From a bacterium (lineage in GTDB: Bacteria; UBP7; UBA6624; JBBIMK01), in contig JBBIMK010000001.1 in assembly GCA_037444445.1 (NCBI GenBank), positions 229,675 to 261,674 of the forward strand: a stretch of DNA of 32,000 nucleotides. Direction: 5' to 3'. A program made the translations under genes and the position numbers. This document shows, one piece after another, positions 7,810 to 16,319 of this stretch; within the stretch, counting starts at the first letter, position 1, and each line of letters begins with the position of its first letter. Below the pieces are notes generated by a model. That model ran no database searches, was not told where the DNA came from, and worked only from the letters and a program-made list of their open reading frames with translations.

Positions 7810-7823
7810 ATGACAAATATCAT
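7810..7823. promoter_or_regulatory. candidate FNR/CRP-type operator (ATGAC-N4-ATCAT)
   Basis: ATGACAAATATCAT matches the FNR consensus TTGAT-N4-ATCAA at 8 of 10 specified positions (TGA-N6-TCA core intact). It lies in the divergent region between the fnr-like gene and the 8020 ORF. Confidence 0.35.
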
Positions 7824-8019
7824 TGTTTTCAGGGAAAAGACGGGGTCTAATAGAATTGGAAATTTGGGGAAAGGAGCGGCCGTGGCCAACGGATGCCTTC
7901 TTCCGCTCAAAAAATCAAAAAGGCCTCCGAGCCTCTCTCACCTCTCCCCCCGATCTCGAGGGCCGCGGGATGAAGGTTTCCGGCTGCTCCCCCCAATTTA
8001 ATGTGGAAGGTGATGCAAA

Positions 8020-8295
8020 ATGACTAAATATCAATTGCGAGTAGAAATAGACTTAACACGATTCCTGGACGATTTAACAGCCGCCATAGAGAAAGCCCTT
8101 TCCACCGAGATCCCTGCTTCCATGATTTTGAACAATCGGGAGAAAATTCGCAATGCATTAAAAGAGGTTCTCAACCAGGAAATTGCTTTCAACGACACCT
8201 GTGGTTTGTCTCTGGCTTGCAAAGAAGCAGTCCTGTATCCCCCCTGGTCTCCTGAGGCGGAAAAAATTCGTGCAGAAGAAAAGAAAAAAATCTAA
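8020..8295 (+). CDS. hypothetical protein (91 aa)
   Basis: SD GGAAGGTGAT 5 nt before the ATG and a helical-looking, well-balanced composition. Followed by a hairpin terminator. No family motif recognised. Confidence 0.55.
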   Translation: MTKYQLRVEIDLTRFLDDLTAAIEKALSTEIPASMILNNREKIRNALKEVLNQEIAFNDTCGLSLACKEAVLYPPWSPEAEKIRAEEKKKI

Positions 8296-8301
8296 GACGG
8301 A

Positions 8302-8340
8302 GTGTATTACCTATCTCAGGGTTAGAGGTAGCACACTTTT
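8302..8340. terminator. hairpin terminator between convergent genes (likely bidirectional)
   Basis: Arms GTGTATTACCT (8302-8312) and AGGTAGCACAC (8326-8336) pair at 10 of 11 positions (one G-U, one mismatch). The loop is 13 nt and is followed by TTTT (8337-8340). Confidence 0.5.
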
Positions 8341-9652
8341 AGAGTAAACCGCGTGATTTGATGCGATAATAAGCGTTGATGGTATTCACTGCCATCTGGG
8401 AGGCGGAGGTTTCTACCACCTCTATCCCTGCACTCTGAAGACGAGCCATAATAGCGTGCCGTATAGAAAGAAATTCTATGGAAGCCGCCTTCCGGTAGAC
8501 TTCCTCTATCTTACGCGGAAAAGTATGAGCAAGAGCCTCCACATCCTCATTCTGAAAGATGATGAGAAGAGGAAGGTGACGGGGTCTTAACCTCATACAC
8601 TCTGTCAAAAGGGTTTGAGAAGAGTATTCATCCAAAAGGTCGCTGAAAATGACCACCAGGGTTCTGTGGATGACCCGGGAAGAAAAATGAAGAAAAGCAG
8701 TTTCATAAGCCGGCTCCACAAATTGGGGCTGTAAGTTGTAGAGGGCTTCTCCGGTAAGGCTGAATATACGGCTTCCGCTGGAAGGGGGAAGGAAGCGCTG
8801 GATTTTTCTATCAAAAGCCAGAATTCCGAAACGGTCTCGCGACAGGTAAGCCGCATAAGATAGTAAGAAAGTCGCTTCCACGGCATAATCCAGTTTTGTT
8901 TTCTCAGCGATGCGAGACCGCATCATCCGTCCGCAATCCAGAAATGCATATACATCTTGAAATGGCTCCTCTTCGTAATTTTTCACCATCAGAGAGCCTG
9001 TGCGAGCCGTGGCTTTCCAGTCGATGTGGCGGGGGTCATCATCCGGCAGGTAACTCCGGAGAGATTCAAAGGAGGTGCCCTGACCGAAGAGACGGCGAAT
9101 CCTCACTCCCATCAAGTACTCTTCTTGATGAGCCAGAAGATTCAGGTATTGATTCACAGGCGATAGGTCTGGAAAAACACGGATGGAAGTAGAAAGAGGA
9201 ATTTTCACCTGGCGTCCGGCGAGCCCGAATGGGCCGTAAAATCGGATAAATACTTGAGAAAGGGTAAAATCTCCTCTTCTGCGGGGAAGTATGGAATAGG
9301 TGAGAGAAGCCTGCCCCAGGGGGGGAAGCCAGAGTCTTCCTTCTGGAACTTCGGCTATCAGGTGAGGGTTCAACTCATCCTTCCATCGTAAGAAAAGCCA
9401 GCGACGAGTCCGATTCCGCACTTTAAGGGTAACCCTGGACTCCCGAAAGTGAAGGAGACGAGGGGGGATATTTCGGGAAATCCAGAGCGCAGAAGCCGCG
9501 GGCGTGAGCCCATAATCCAGTGCGCCCAGGAATATCAACACCAGGGTCATTGAAAACCCTATCTCGTTGAATACAGGGAAAAAAACTCCAAAAGGAATGA
9601 ACAAAGTAGAAATGCTCAGTAAAAAGAGAAAAAGTGAAGTCAGAATCACCAT
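8339..9652 (-). CDS. DUF58 family protein (two N-terminal TM helices, vWA-like domain)
   Basis: DUF58 signature LRSYLPDDDPRHIDWKATARTGSLMVKNYEEE followed by a vWA-like beta-alpha pattern (VYAFLDCGRMM ... VVIFSDLLDE). Directly follows moxR. Confidence 0.85.
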   Translation of the reverse strand: MVILTSLFLFLLSISTLFIPFGVFFPVFNEIGFSMTLVLIFLGALDYGLTPAASALWISRNIPPRLLHFRESRVTLKVRNRTRRWLFLRWKDELNPHLIAEVPEGRLWLPPLGQASLTYSILPRRRGDFTLSQVFIRFYGPFGLAGRQVKIPLSTSIRVFPDLSPVNQYLNLLAHQEEYLMGVRIRRLFGQGTSFESLRSYLPDDDPRHIDWKATARTGSLMVKNYEEEPFQDVYAFLDCGRMMRSRIAEKTKLDYAVEATFLLSYAAYLSRDRFGILAFDRKIQRFLPPSSGSRIFSLTGEALYNLQPQFVEPAYETAFLHFSSRVIHRTLVVIFSDLLDEYSSQTLLTECMRLRPRHLPLLIIFQNEDVEALAHTFPRKIEEVYRKAASIEFLSIRHAIMARLQSAGIEVVETSASQMAVNTINAYYRIKSRGLL

Positions 9653-10627
9653 TTATCTTGGAACGGGAACCTGCTGAAGAAAGTCATTTAACAGGCTATC
9701 CGGGGTAAGTCCTTCCATCTGCGCCTCAGGTTTTAGAACAATACGGTGGCGTAAAACAGGGAGATAAATGGCTTTCACATCATCCGGTATCAAGTAGTTC
9801 CGCCCCCGGGAGGCGGCCAGCACGCGGGACGCAGTGAGTAAGTGAATGCCCGCTCTCGGACTGGCTCCCAGATGAATCCACACAGACTTTCTCGTGGCTT
9901 GAATCAAGGAAAATACATATCCGTGAAGTGAGGAATCCACATTCACCCCATGATATACATCTTGAGTTTTGACCATCTCTTCCGGGCGGAGAAGGGACTG
10001 GATATTCGCCAGGAGATTCTGTTCACCCGATAATCCGGGATGTAGCCGATAGAGTTCCAATTCCTGCATCTCAGCAGGATAAGGCACCAGAATTTTCATC
10101 AGGAAGCGGTCCAATTGTGCCTCCGGAAGAGGAAAGGTGCCCTGCAGTTCTACAGGGTTCATCGTCGCAATGACGAAAAAAGGAGAGGGTAAGGAATAAT
10201 CTACTCCATCCATGGTTACTTTCCTTTCTTGCATGGCCTCAAGAAGAGCGGACTGGGTTTTGGGGGAAGCGCGATTGATTTCATCTGCCAGAACCACATG
10301 AGAGAAAATAGGACCTTTTTTGAACTGAAATTCACCTTCTTTCATCCGATAAATACTCGTTCCGAGGATGTCAGAGGGCATCAAATCCGGCGTGAACTGA
10401 ATCCTCCGGCATTGTCCGGAAAAAGTTCTGGAGAGGGCGGTTGCCAGAAGAGTTTTCCCTACACCAGGCACTCCTTCCAGTAGGATATGACCACCTGTAA
10501 AGAAAGCGACCAGCATCTGCTGGACGACCTCATTCATGCCAATTAAAATTTTGCAGAGATTTTCTTCCATCCGTCGGAACAGAGATGGAAAATCTAACTC
10601 TGCCCGGACTTCTCCGTCGGCCATCAT
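9653..10627 (-). CDS. moxR: MoxR family AAA+ ATPase
   Basis: Walker A LLEGVPGVGKTLLA, Walker B VVLADEINRASPKTQSALLEAMQE, and VIATMNP..EGTFPLPEAQLDRF. Typical 324-aa size. Confidence 0.92.
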   Translation of the reverse strand: MMADGEVRAELDFPSLFRRMEENLCKILIGMNEVVQQMLVAFFTGGHILLEGVPGVGKTLLATALSRTFSGQCRRIQFTPDLMPSDILGTSIYRMKEGEFQFKKGPIFSHVVLADEINRASPKTQSALLEAMQERKVTMDGVDYSLPSPFFVIATMNPVELQGTFPLPEAQLDRFLMKILVPYPAEMQELELYRLHPGLSGEQNLLANIQSLLRPEEMVKTQDVYHGVNVDSSLHGYVFSLIQATRKSVWIHLGASPRAGIHLLTASRVLAASRGRNYLIPDDVKAIYLPVLRHRIVLKPEAQMEGLTPDSLLNDFLQQVPVPR

Positions 10628-11790
10628 CTTGCTCTCAACTCCTCCTTCACCTGCTCCAGTCGTGCAGAAAATTTGAAAAGGTCCGATTCTTCCAGGGAAG
10701 GTTTCACCTCCAGTTGTTGTCGTAAGTATTCAACGGGTTGGATTTTCTTCCAGAGGGGGTCGTTTCGCAGGTTCGCAAGGTCAGGTAAAGAAGGCGAAAC
10801 CCCATACCGATGAAACAGAAAATGGCGAAAATCCCTATAAAGTAGAGAAAAAATCTCCGAGCGCAGTTGAGCCTTTTGATAAAGATGCCCTGTGGCATTC
10901 ACGAAATCCAGAGCGCCGCGTAGCTTCTCCTGCTCAGGCAAGAAGCGGATGGACCCAAAACGGACCCCCCGTACCCATAGATATACCAGCAAGAGGAAAA
11001 TCAGTTGAATGGGAAAAAAGGGATGGAGAGCCGATACCCCGGGAACAGAATTCACACGAGGCAGAACGTATCCATGATGATACTCGTCAAAATAGATAGG
11101 ACGGTCCAAATTTTTCAACCACTCATAGAAAAATTGAAAATTATCCTGAGAAAGTATCCATTCATTGGTCAGATAATCGTAGGATGAAAAGAAATACACT
11201 TTTCCAGAACCCATAGGAATTTCGTAGGCTACAGGAGAGCGGTCCATCCGGCGCAGCACTGGAGATGCATCCTGAAGGTGAGTGGTCAGGGAAGCCGGCC
11301 GATATACGCGGAGTTTAAGTTTCTTTGAGTAGGAACGCATCGCCTCACCAGGAAATACATCTTCCACCTGCACACCAACCCGGGAGTCAGTGGCCAGGAA
11401 TGGAGTTTCTACTTGAAAGGTATCGTAGATAGCCGATTCTATCGCTGGAGAAAGAAAAGAAGCACTGAGGCCGCTGAAAAAGAGAAAAACTCCTCCTTGA
11501 TGAATCCACGGCCGTAAAAGCAATAGCTCTGAATGGGATAGATATTCCGTTGGCGCTGTAAGAATCATCACACTGTTCACCGACGGGAGAGTATCGTAGG
11601 GGGATTGCCAGCGGTGAACTGAAAAACCCGATTTCTCCAGAGTTGTATAAAGGGCTTTCCACCCCAGCGGTAAGGGACTGAAAGTGTCAGGTTGATTCAA
11701 ATCCCCTTTCTCCCGCTGGATAAGCAAAAGAATCAACAGGAGACCGACGAAAGCCAGCAAAAAGAAAAGAAAGAGAAACACCTTACGCAT
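10624..11790 (-). CDS. DUF4350-like bitopic membrane protein
   Basis: N-terminal TM, ~230-aa extracytoplasmic domain, second TM (FFPIQLIFLLLVYLWV) and a cytoplasmic helical tail. Called from topology and position in the DUF4129-DUF4350-MoxR-DUF58 gene order as I recall it. Not HMM-verified. Confidence 0.5.
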   Translation of the reverse strand: MRKVFLFLFFLLAFVGLLLILLLIQREKGDLNQPDTFSPLPLGWKALYTTLEKSGFSVHRWQSPYDTLPSVNSVMILTAPTEYLSHSELLLLRPWIHQGGVFLFFSGLSASFLSPAIESAIYDTFQVETPFLATDSRVGVQVEDVFPGEAMRSYSKKLKLRVYRPASLTTHLQDASPVLRRMDRSPVAYEIPMGSGKVYFFSSYDYLTNEWILSQDNFQFFYEWLKNLDRPIYFDEYHHGYVLPRVNSVPGVSALHPFFPIQLIFLLLVYLWVRGVRFGSIRFLPEQEKLRGALDFVNATGHLYQKAQLRSEIFSLLYRDFRHFLFHRYGVSPSLPDLANLRNDPLWKKIQPVEYLRQQLEVKPSLEESDLFKFSARLEQVKEELRAR

Positions 11791-12496
11791 GGTCAGAATA
11801 GAAGGATTCTTTCACGACTGCGAGTTGAGTTCTCATCATCTCACAATCCGAATACGAAGCGGGAACTCGTCCAAAAATCACCCGGTCATAAAGTTCATTT
11901 GCCGAGTGAAAAGCATCCCTTCCCGGTTCCACAAGAACCCGAGCAAGTTTCCTTAAAATTTCCCAGTTCGTGAGCCCCTTTTCCAGTTCCAGTGGAAACA
12001 CTTGCCTCTCATCCAGGTGGAGAAGAAAACCTCTATAAAGATACCGGATGGATTCACGATAATTTCCATCTTTTAGGGCTTGCTCTGCCATTTTGTATAG
12101 AGATTGAGAAGTTTCCCGAACAGAAGTTTTGGTAGGGGTAATGGAGGAAACACGGGAACCAGCTGTGAAGAAAAGATAGAGAGTTTGAAAAAGATAGAAA
12201 AGGACGACTCCCGTCAGCAGAAAAACGAGGATGAGAGCCGGCTGAGAGAATCTTTCCATCCCTCTTAACACATACTCAGTCCATCGCTGGAAAAAATGTG
12301 CAACCCGACGAAAAAATACCGTCCAAAAACCTGAGCGTTTATATTCTTTCTGGGATAGAGTCTCCTGAAGGATTTGATGTGCTTCAACATAGGGCAAGAT
12401 GTGCGGGGATGAAACATCCACGGCGGAGGCCTGTGGGATTCTCCCTGCGAAGAAAATAGCCAGGCAAAGAAGCGAGGGCAAAAGAATTCGGTTCAT
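11783..12496 (-). CDS. DUF4129-like membrane protein
   Basis: Signal peptide, one TM (ALILVFLLTGVVLFYLF), then a C-terminal helical domain ESIRYLYRGFLLHLDERQVF...GLTNWEILRKL...ELYDRVIFGR resembling DUF4129. 8-nt overlap with the next gene. Confidence 0.55.
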   Translation of the reverse strand: MNRILLPSLLCLAIFFAGRIPQASAVDVSSPHILPYVEAHQILQETLSQKEYKRSGFWTVFFRRVAHFFQRWTEYVLRGMERFSQPALILVFLLTGVVLFYLFQTLYLFFTAGSRVSSITPTKTSVRETSQSLYKMAEQALKDGNYRESIRYLYRGFLLHLDERQVFPLELEKGLTNWEILRKLARVLVEPGRDAFHSANELYDRVIFGRVPASYSDCEMMRTQLAVVKESFYSDHA

Positions 12497-13470
12497 TCTG
12501 CTTGAAAAGTTGCTTCTATCAGCACCTCCAGGTCATATCCTTCATACCGAATACGGCGGTCAAGATAGAATAAGAACCAGGCGATGGAGTAAAGACTTAC
12601 CATTAAAGCCTGAACCAGGAGACGTAATACCTCGGTAAAAACAATGAAAGGAAAAGGGAGATGGGCGATAGCCGCTGGACCCCGGGTGAAATGAAGCATG
12701 CTATACACCTGCTCGGGTATGGCTACCAGCATTCCCACGCTGGAAGATATAAGAATGTAAAACAGCCACATCAGGATGCTCCGAACCCACCCTTTTGTGG
12801 CAAAATCCGCTTCCCTATATCCGTACATTAGTTTGCGACTTCTCTGCAGGGCCTGCCATCCAGAATCTCCCTCTACGGCTAAAATCGGTAAAACGAGGGA
12901 GTATCCCAGAGAAAAATACACCAGCAGTACAAGAGCGAGAGGAAAGAAAAAGATAACAGAGATAACAAAACCAGCGGTTCTGAAAAGGGCAGAAAAAATC
13001 ACCAACAAAATACCAATCCCCACCACAACACCCGCAATGACCAAACTGACAAGGAATACGGTCCATACGATTCGGAAAAAATTCTTTAGAGCAAAGCGAA
13101 GGGAAATAAAATAATCAGTAGAGCCCCCCATACCGGTTGTATGAGCCAGGTGATACAGAGCGGTTGAAACCACAGGAGCCCACGCACTCAAGAGAGTGAA
13201 AAACAAGAGAAAATACAGGATAAGGGGAAGGAAAAAATTCGTAAGGTCTGGCATTCTTCGGGAGGGCAGGAAAAATTCCGAATAAGCACTCCGGTAAGCG
13301 ATGCTCAACAGCCCCAGAGGGACCTGGACAAAAAGGGCAAGAAGGAAAAAGGACCAAAAACGCTGACGGAGGAGAAAAACAGCCCGGTCAAGTATATCCA
13401 CAAGCGTCATAGGCCGGAAAAGTTCCTTCATCAAGGGTATTCTACCACAATAGAAGTCCAATGCAATCAT
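12493..13470 (-). CDS. polytopic membrane protein (6-7 TM), first gene of the MoxR operon
   Basis: SD GGAAGG 8 nt before the ATG. Repeated hydrophobic helices. The N-terminal DILDRAVFLLRQRFWSFFLL and C-terminal YLDRRIRYEGYDLEVL resemble GDPD-membrane-domain/DUF975-like proteins from memory only. Confidence 0.6.
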   Translation of the reverse strand: MIALDFYCGRIPLMKELFRPMTLVDILDRAVFLLRQRFWSFFLLALFVQVPLGLLSIAYRSAYSEFFLPSRRMPDLTNFFLPLILYFLLFFTLLSAWAPVVSTALYHLAHTTGMGGSTDYFISLRFALKNFFRIVWTVFLVSLVIAGVVVGIGILLVIFSALFRTAGFVISVIFFFPLALVLLVYFSLGYSLVLPILAVEGDSGWQALQRSRKLMYGYREADFATKGWVRSILMWLFYILISSSVGMLVAIPEQVYSMLHFTRGPAAIAHLPFPFIVFTEVLRLLVQALMVSLYSIAWFLFYLDRRIRYEGYDLEVLIEATFQAE

Positions 13471-13526
13471 CGGTTAACCTTCCAGCCCGCATGGATAAAA
13501 ATGCGAGAATGGTGAAAAGAAACAGA

Positions 13527-14096
13527 TTATTCCAGAGATAGTAAAGCGCTCACATAGTCCATATATTTTTTAGAACTCCAGGTTTTGGCGCCCAGAGTAG
13601 AGCCCACAATTTTCCCCCTCCGGTTCAGAAATAGAGTGGTGGGGAAAAAGCGAACATTGTAAGCATTGGCAAGTTTTCTGCCGGTATCCAGAGCAATAGG
13701 GAATGGAATTTTTTTTGCCTGGACAAATTCCTGCAGGCGTTCTTTAGAATCCTGGATATTGATGGCAATCAATTCCAGCCCTCTCGGCTTCATCACCTCA
13801 TATAAATTCTTAAACTCTTCCATTTCCGCAATGCAGGGAGGACAATCCAGGTACCAGAAGTTCAAAATGACCACTTTTCCCTGCAAACTATGCAGGAGGA
13901 GGTTTCTTCCGTCCAGGAGTAGAAATTGGGTATGGGGAGGGGTGCGAGGGGATTCGTAGTTTCGGATGTCTTCCAGTTCTGGGGGAGTGTTCACGACGGG
14001 GCGGTTCCATAAACCGACCACGACAGCGCCGACCACAATTCCCCAGAGGGCTACAATCAGAAAAACCTCAAGCGTCCACCGCCGTTTCACGGTCAC
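13527..14096 (-). CDS. TlpA/ResA-type thiol:disulfide oxidoreductase, membrane anchored
   Basis: N-terminal TM anchor. Thioredoxin fold with an intact active site VVILNFWYLDCPPCIAEMEEF. Confidence 0.8.
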   Translation of the reverse strand: MTVKRRWTLEVFLIVALWGIVVGAVVVGLWNRPVVNTPPELEDIRNYESPRTPPHTQFLLLDGRNLLLHSLQGKVVILNFWYLDCPPCIAEMEEFKNLYEVMKPRGLELIAINIQDSKERLQEFVQAKKIPFPIALDTGRKLANAYNVRFFPTTLFLNRRGKIVGSTLGAKTWSSKKYMDYVSALLSLE

Positions 14097-14105
14097 AGAG
14101 ATTTT

Positions 14106-15788
14106 TCAGGTTCGTCCAACCTTCCGATACATCTCGTCTTTGGACACGCGGAAGGAAATGGGGCGTCCATGAGGGCAGGTGAAAGGATGGCGCGTTTCTT
14201 TCCATGCCCGATACAACCGTTCCATCTCCCGGACCGACAGGGGAGTATTTGCCTTCACCGCCAGTTTGCACGCCAGCGCCCTCCACTTCTCCTCCTCATA
14301 GGTCAGGGAAAGAGAGGAATAAGATAAAATCTGTTGAATGGCTTCTTGAATTTGTTCACCCGCTTTTGAAGGTGTCAAATAAAATGGGAGCGCCGTTATC
14401 ACGACTTCCTTCTCTTTTTTCTGCACTCGGATACCCACCCGTTCAAAGGCCATTAAGTTCTCTTCCACCACTGCTTGCTCAGGCTCAGTGAGGGTAAGAG
14501 GATGAGAGATGAGCAACTCCTGAGAGGGGACTTTCTTCCCCGAGGTTAAGGCTTCAAACAGGACGCGTTCACTCGCCACATGCTGGTCTACGAGAAGGAA
14601 TTCTTCCCCCTCTTCAATGGCGATAAAGGTGTCAAATACCTGCCCGAGGACACGGAAAGAAACCGGAAAACGAACCACAGGAGATTCTTGACCGGGGAAA
14701 GGGGGTTTGTGAGCCTGAAGAGAGAAATCCGTGCTGGAAGAAGGCGTTTTTTCGCTAACAGGAAGAGGCTCTGCCGACCCGGGAGGAATGGCTGGCGCTC
14801 GGCTTCGTTGAATCATCCCTTCCCGGAGAGTATTCACCACGAGGGAACGAACTTCACCCGGCGTCGTAAAGTGAACTTCTAATTTTGCCGGGTGAACATT
14901 CACATCCACCTTTTCGGGCGGTAAAGTTAAAAAGAGCACCAGATAAGGAACCTTGCCTTCAGGGAGAATGTAGCGGGCGCTTTCTTTCACCCAGGATATG
15001 AGATGAGAACTCCGCACCGGCCTGCGATTTACGAAAAAATATAAATCTTTGGCGCTCTGGGTGTATGCCGCAGGGGAACTCATAAATCCTTTCCCTTGCC
15101 CGGCCTCGGTTTCAAAGTGGAAAAAAGCCATACTTTGAGCCACATCTCTGTCAAAAACCCAGCGAAGTAAGTCGGGTGTCAATCCTTTTCCCGGAGTAAA
15201 GAAAGTTCGCTTCCCATTATGTTGAAGCGTGAAAGAAATGGAAGAAAAAGAAAGGGCATACAACTGAACCGTCTTCAGGATGTGGGAATACTCCACGGAG
15301 TCGGATTTCAGGAACTTCCGTCGGGCAGGAAGATTGAAAAATAGGTCTTGAACTTCTGCGGTAGTGCCTCGGGGCAAGCCTACACCCCGTGTTTTCTGAA
15401 CTTTCCCCGCCTCAGCAAATACTTCAAATCCAGCATTTTGACCGTCACAGGTTAAGATGCGGAACCGGGAAACTGTGGCAATAGAAGGCAAGGCTTCTCC
15501 CCGGAACCCAAGCGTCTCTATGCTTTGCAAATCTTCCACACGTTGAATTTTGCTGGTGGCGTGATGCTGAAAGCATAACAAAGCATCCTCCGGGGACATA
15601 CCTTCCCCATCATCAGCGACGCGAATCAGCGATTTACCACCGTTCTCAATTTGAATGATGATTCGGGTAGCACCGGAGTCTATAGAATTTTCAATCAATT
15701 CTTTGACGGCAGAAGCAGGGCGTTCAATCACTTCCCCTGCCGCAATCTTGCTTACTACTTCTTCGGATAAGATTCTAATTTTTCCCAA
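14106..15788 (-). CDS. mutL: DNA mismatch repair protein MutL
   Basis: GHKL ATPase N-terminus IRILSEEVVSKIAAGEVIERPASAVKELIENSIDSGAT and GFRGEALPSIA. C-terminal dimerisation/endonuclease region ending CPHGRP. Confidence 0.93.
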   Translation of the reverse strand: MGKIRILSEEVVSKIAAGEVIERPASAVKELIENSIDSGATRIIIQIENGGKSLIRVADDGEGMSPEDALLCFQHHATSKIQRVEDLQSIETLGFRGEALPSIATVSRFRILTCDGQNAGFEVFAEAGKVQKTRGVGLPRGTTAEVQDLFFNLPARRKFLKSDSVEYSHILKTVQLYALSFSSISFTLQHNGKRTFFTPGKGLTPDLLRWVFDRDVAQSMAFFHFETEAGQGKGFMSSPAAYTQSAKDLYFFVNRRPVRSSHLISWVKESARYILPEGKVPYLVLFLTLPPEKVDVNVHPAKLEVHFTTPGEVRSLVVNTLREGMIQRSRAPAIPPGSAEPLPVSEKTPSSSTDFSLQAHKPPFPGQESPVVRFPVSFRVLGQVFDTFIAIEEGEEFLLVDQHVASERVLFEALTSGKKVPSQELLISHPLTLTEPEQAVVEENLMAFERVGIRVQKKEKEVVITALPFYLTPSKAGEQIQEAIQQILSYSSLSLTYEEEKWRALACKLAVKANTPLSVREMERLYRAWKETRHPFTCPHGRPISFRVSKDEMYRKVGRT

Positions 15789-16287
15789 ATTCTTTCAACC
15801 ACGCTACATACAGGTCATCGTGGAGCGCCACCAGAACTACTTTCTCTAATGACCGGGGATGAAAAGAGGCAATGGCTTCCTTCATAGCTACTGCCGCTTG
15901 CTGAGAAGATAGCCCTCCCACGCCGGTGCCCATCCCTGGAAAAGCGATAGAAGAGAAACCGCCTCCATCGGCCGACTCCAATGCAGCCAGGGTAGCCTTT
16001 CTCACATCCCCCGCTGACGCAGGCATAGCCGGTGCTTCCATAGTAGGGGCATGAATGATTCCGCGAAAGGGCAATTTCCCTGCCGTCGTGACCAGAGCAT
16101 TTCCCACAGGAATGGGAGCTCTGGATATTGCTTCTTGTTCAATCTCAACACCACCGGCCCGGCGGATGACACCTGCCACGCCTCCCCCCATCACACCCAG
16201 ACTGTTGGCAGGATTGACAATGGCATCCACAGCCACTTCCAGCAGATTTCCCTTGATGATTTCAACTTTTAATTCCTTTTGAGCCAT
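15775..16287 (-). CDS. macrodomain protein (ADP-ribose binding/hydrolase type)
   Basis: AIVNPANSLGVMGGGVAGVI and SIAFPGMGTGVGG are the macrodomain phosphate-binding loops. 14-nt overlap with the mutL start. Confidence 0.85.
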   Translation of the reverse strand: MAQKELKVEIIKGNLLEVAVDAIVNPANSLGVMGGGVAGVIRRAGGVEIEQEAISRAPIPVGNALVTTAGKLPFRGIIHAPTMEAPAMPASAGDVRKATLAALESADGGGFSSIAFPGMGTGVGGLSSQQAAVAMKEAIASFHPRSLEKVVLVALHDDLYVAWLKEFGKN

Positions 16288-16319
16288 CCTTATTATCTTT
16301 TCTGAACTTCTATGGATTC

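Noticed and set aside
7765-8023. 78-aa and 66-aa plus-strand ORFs in the fnr/8020 intergenic region
   Set aside because: They have no SD and are basic with low complexity. One overlaps the fnr promoter. The region is more likely regulatory or 5' UTR.
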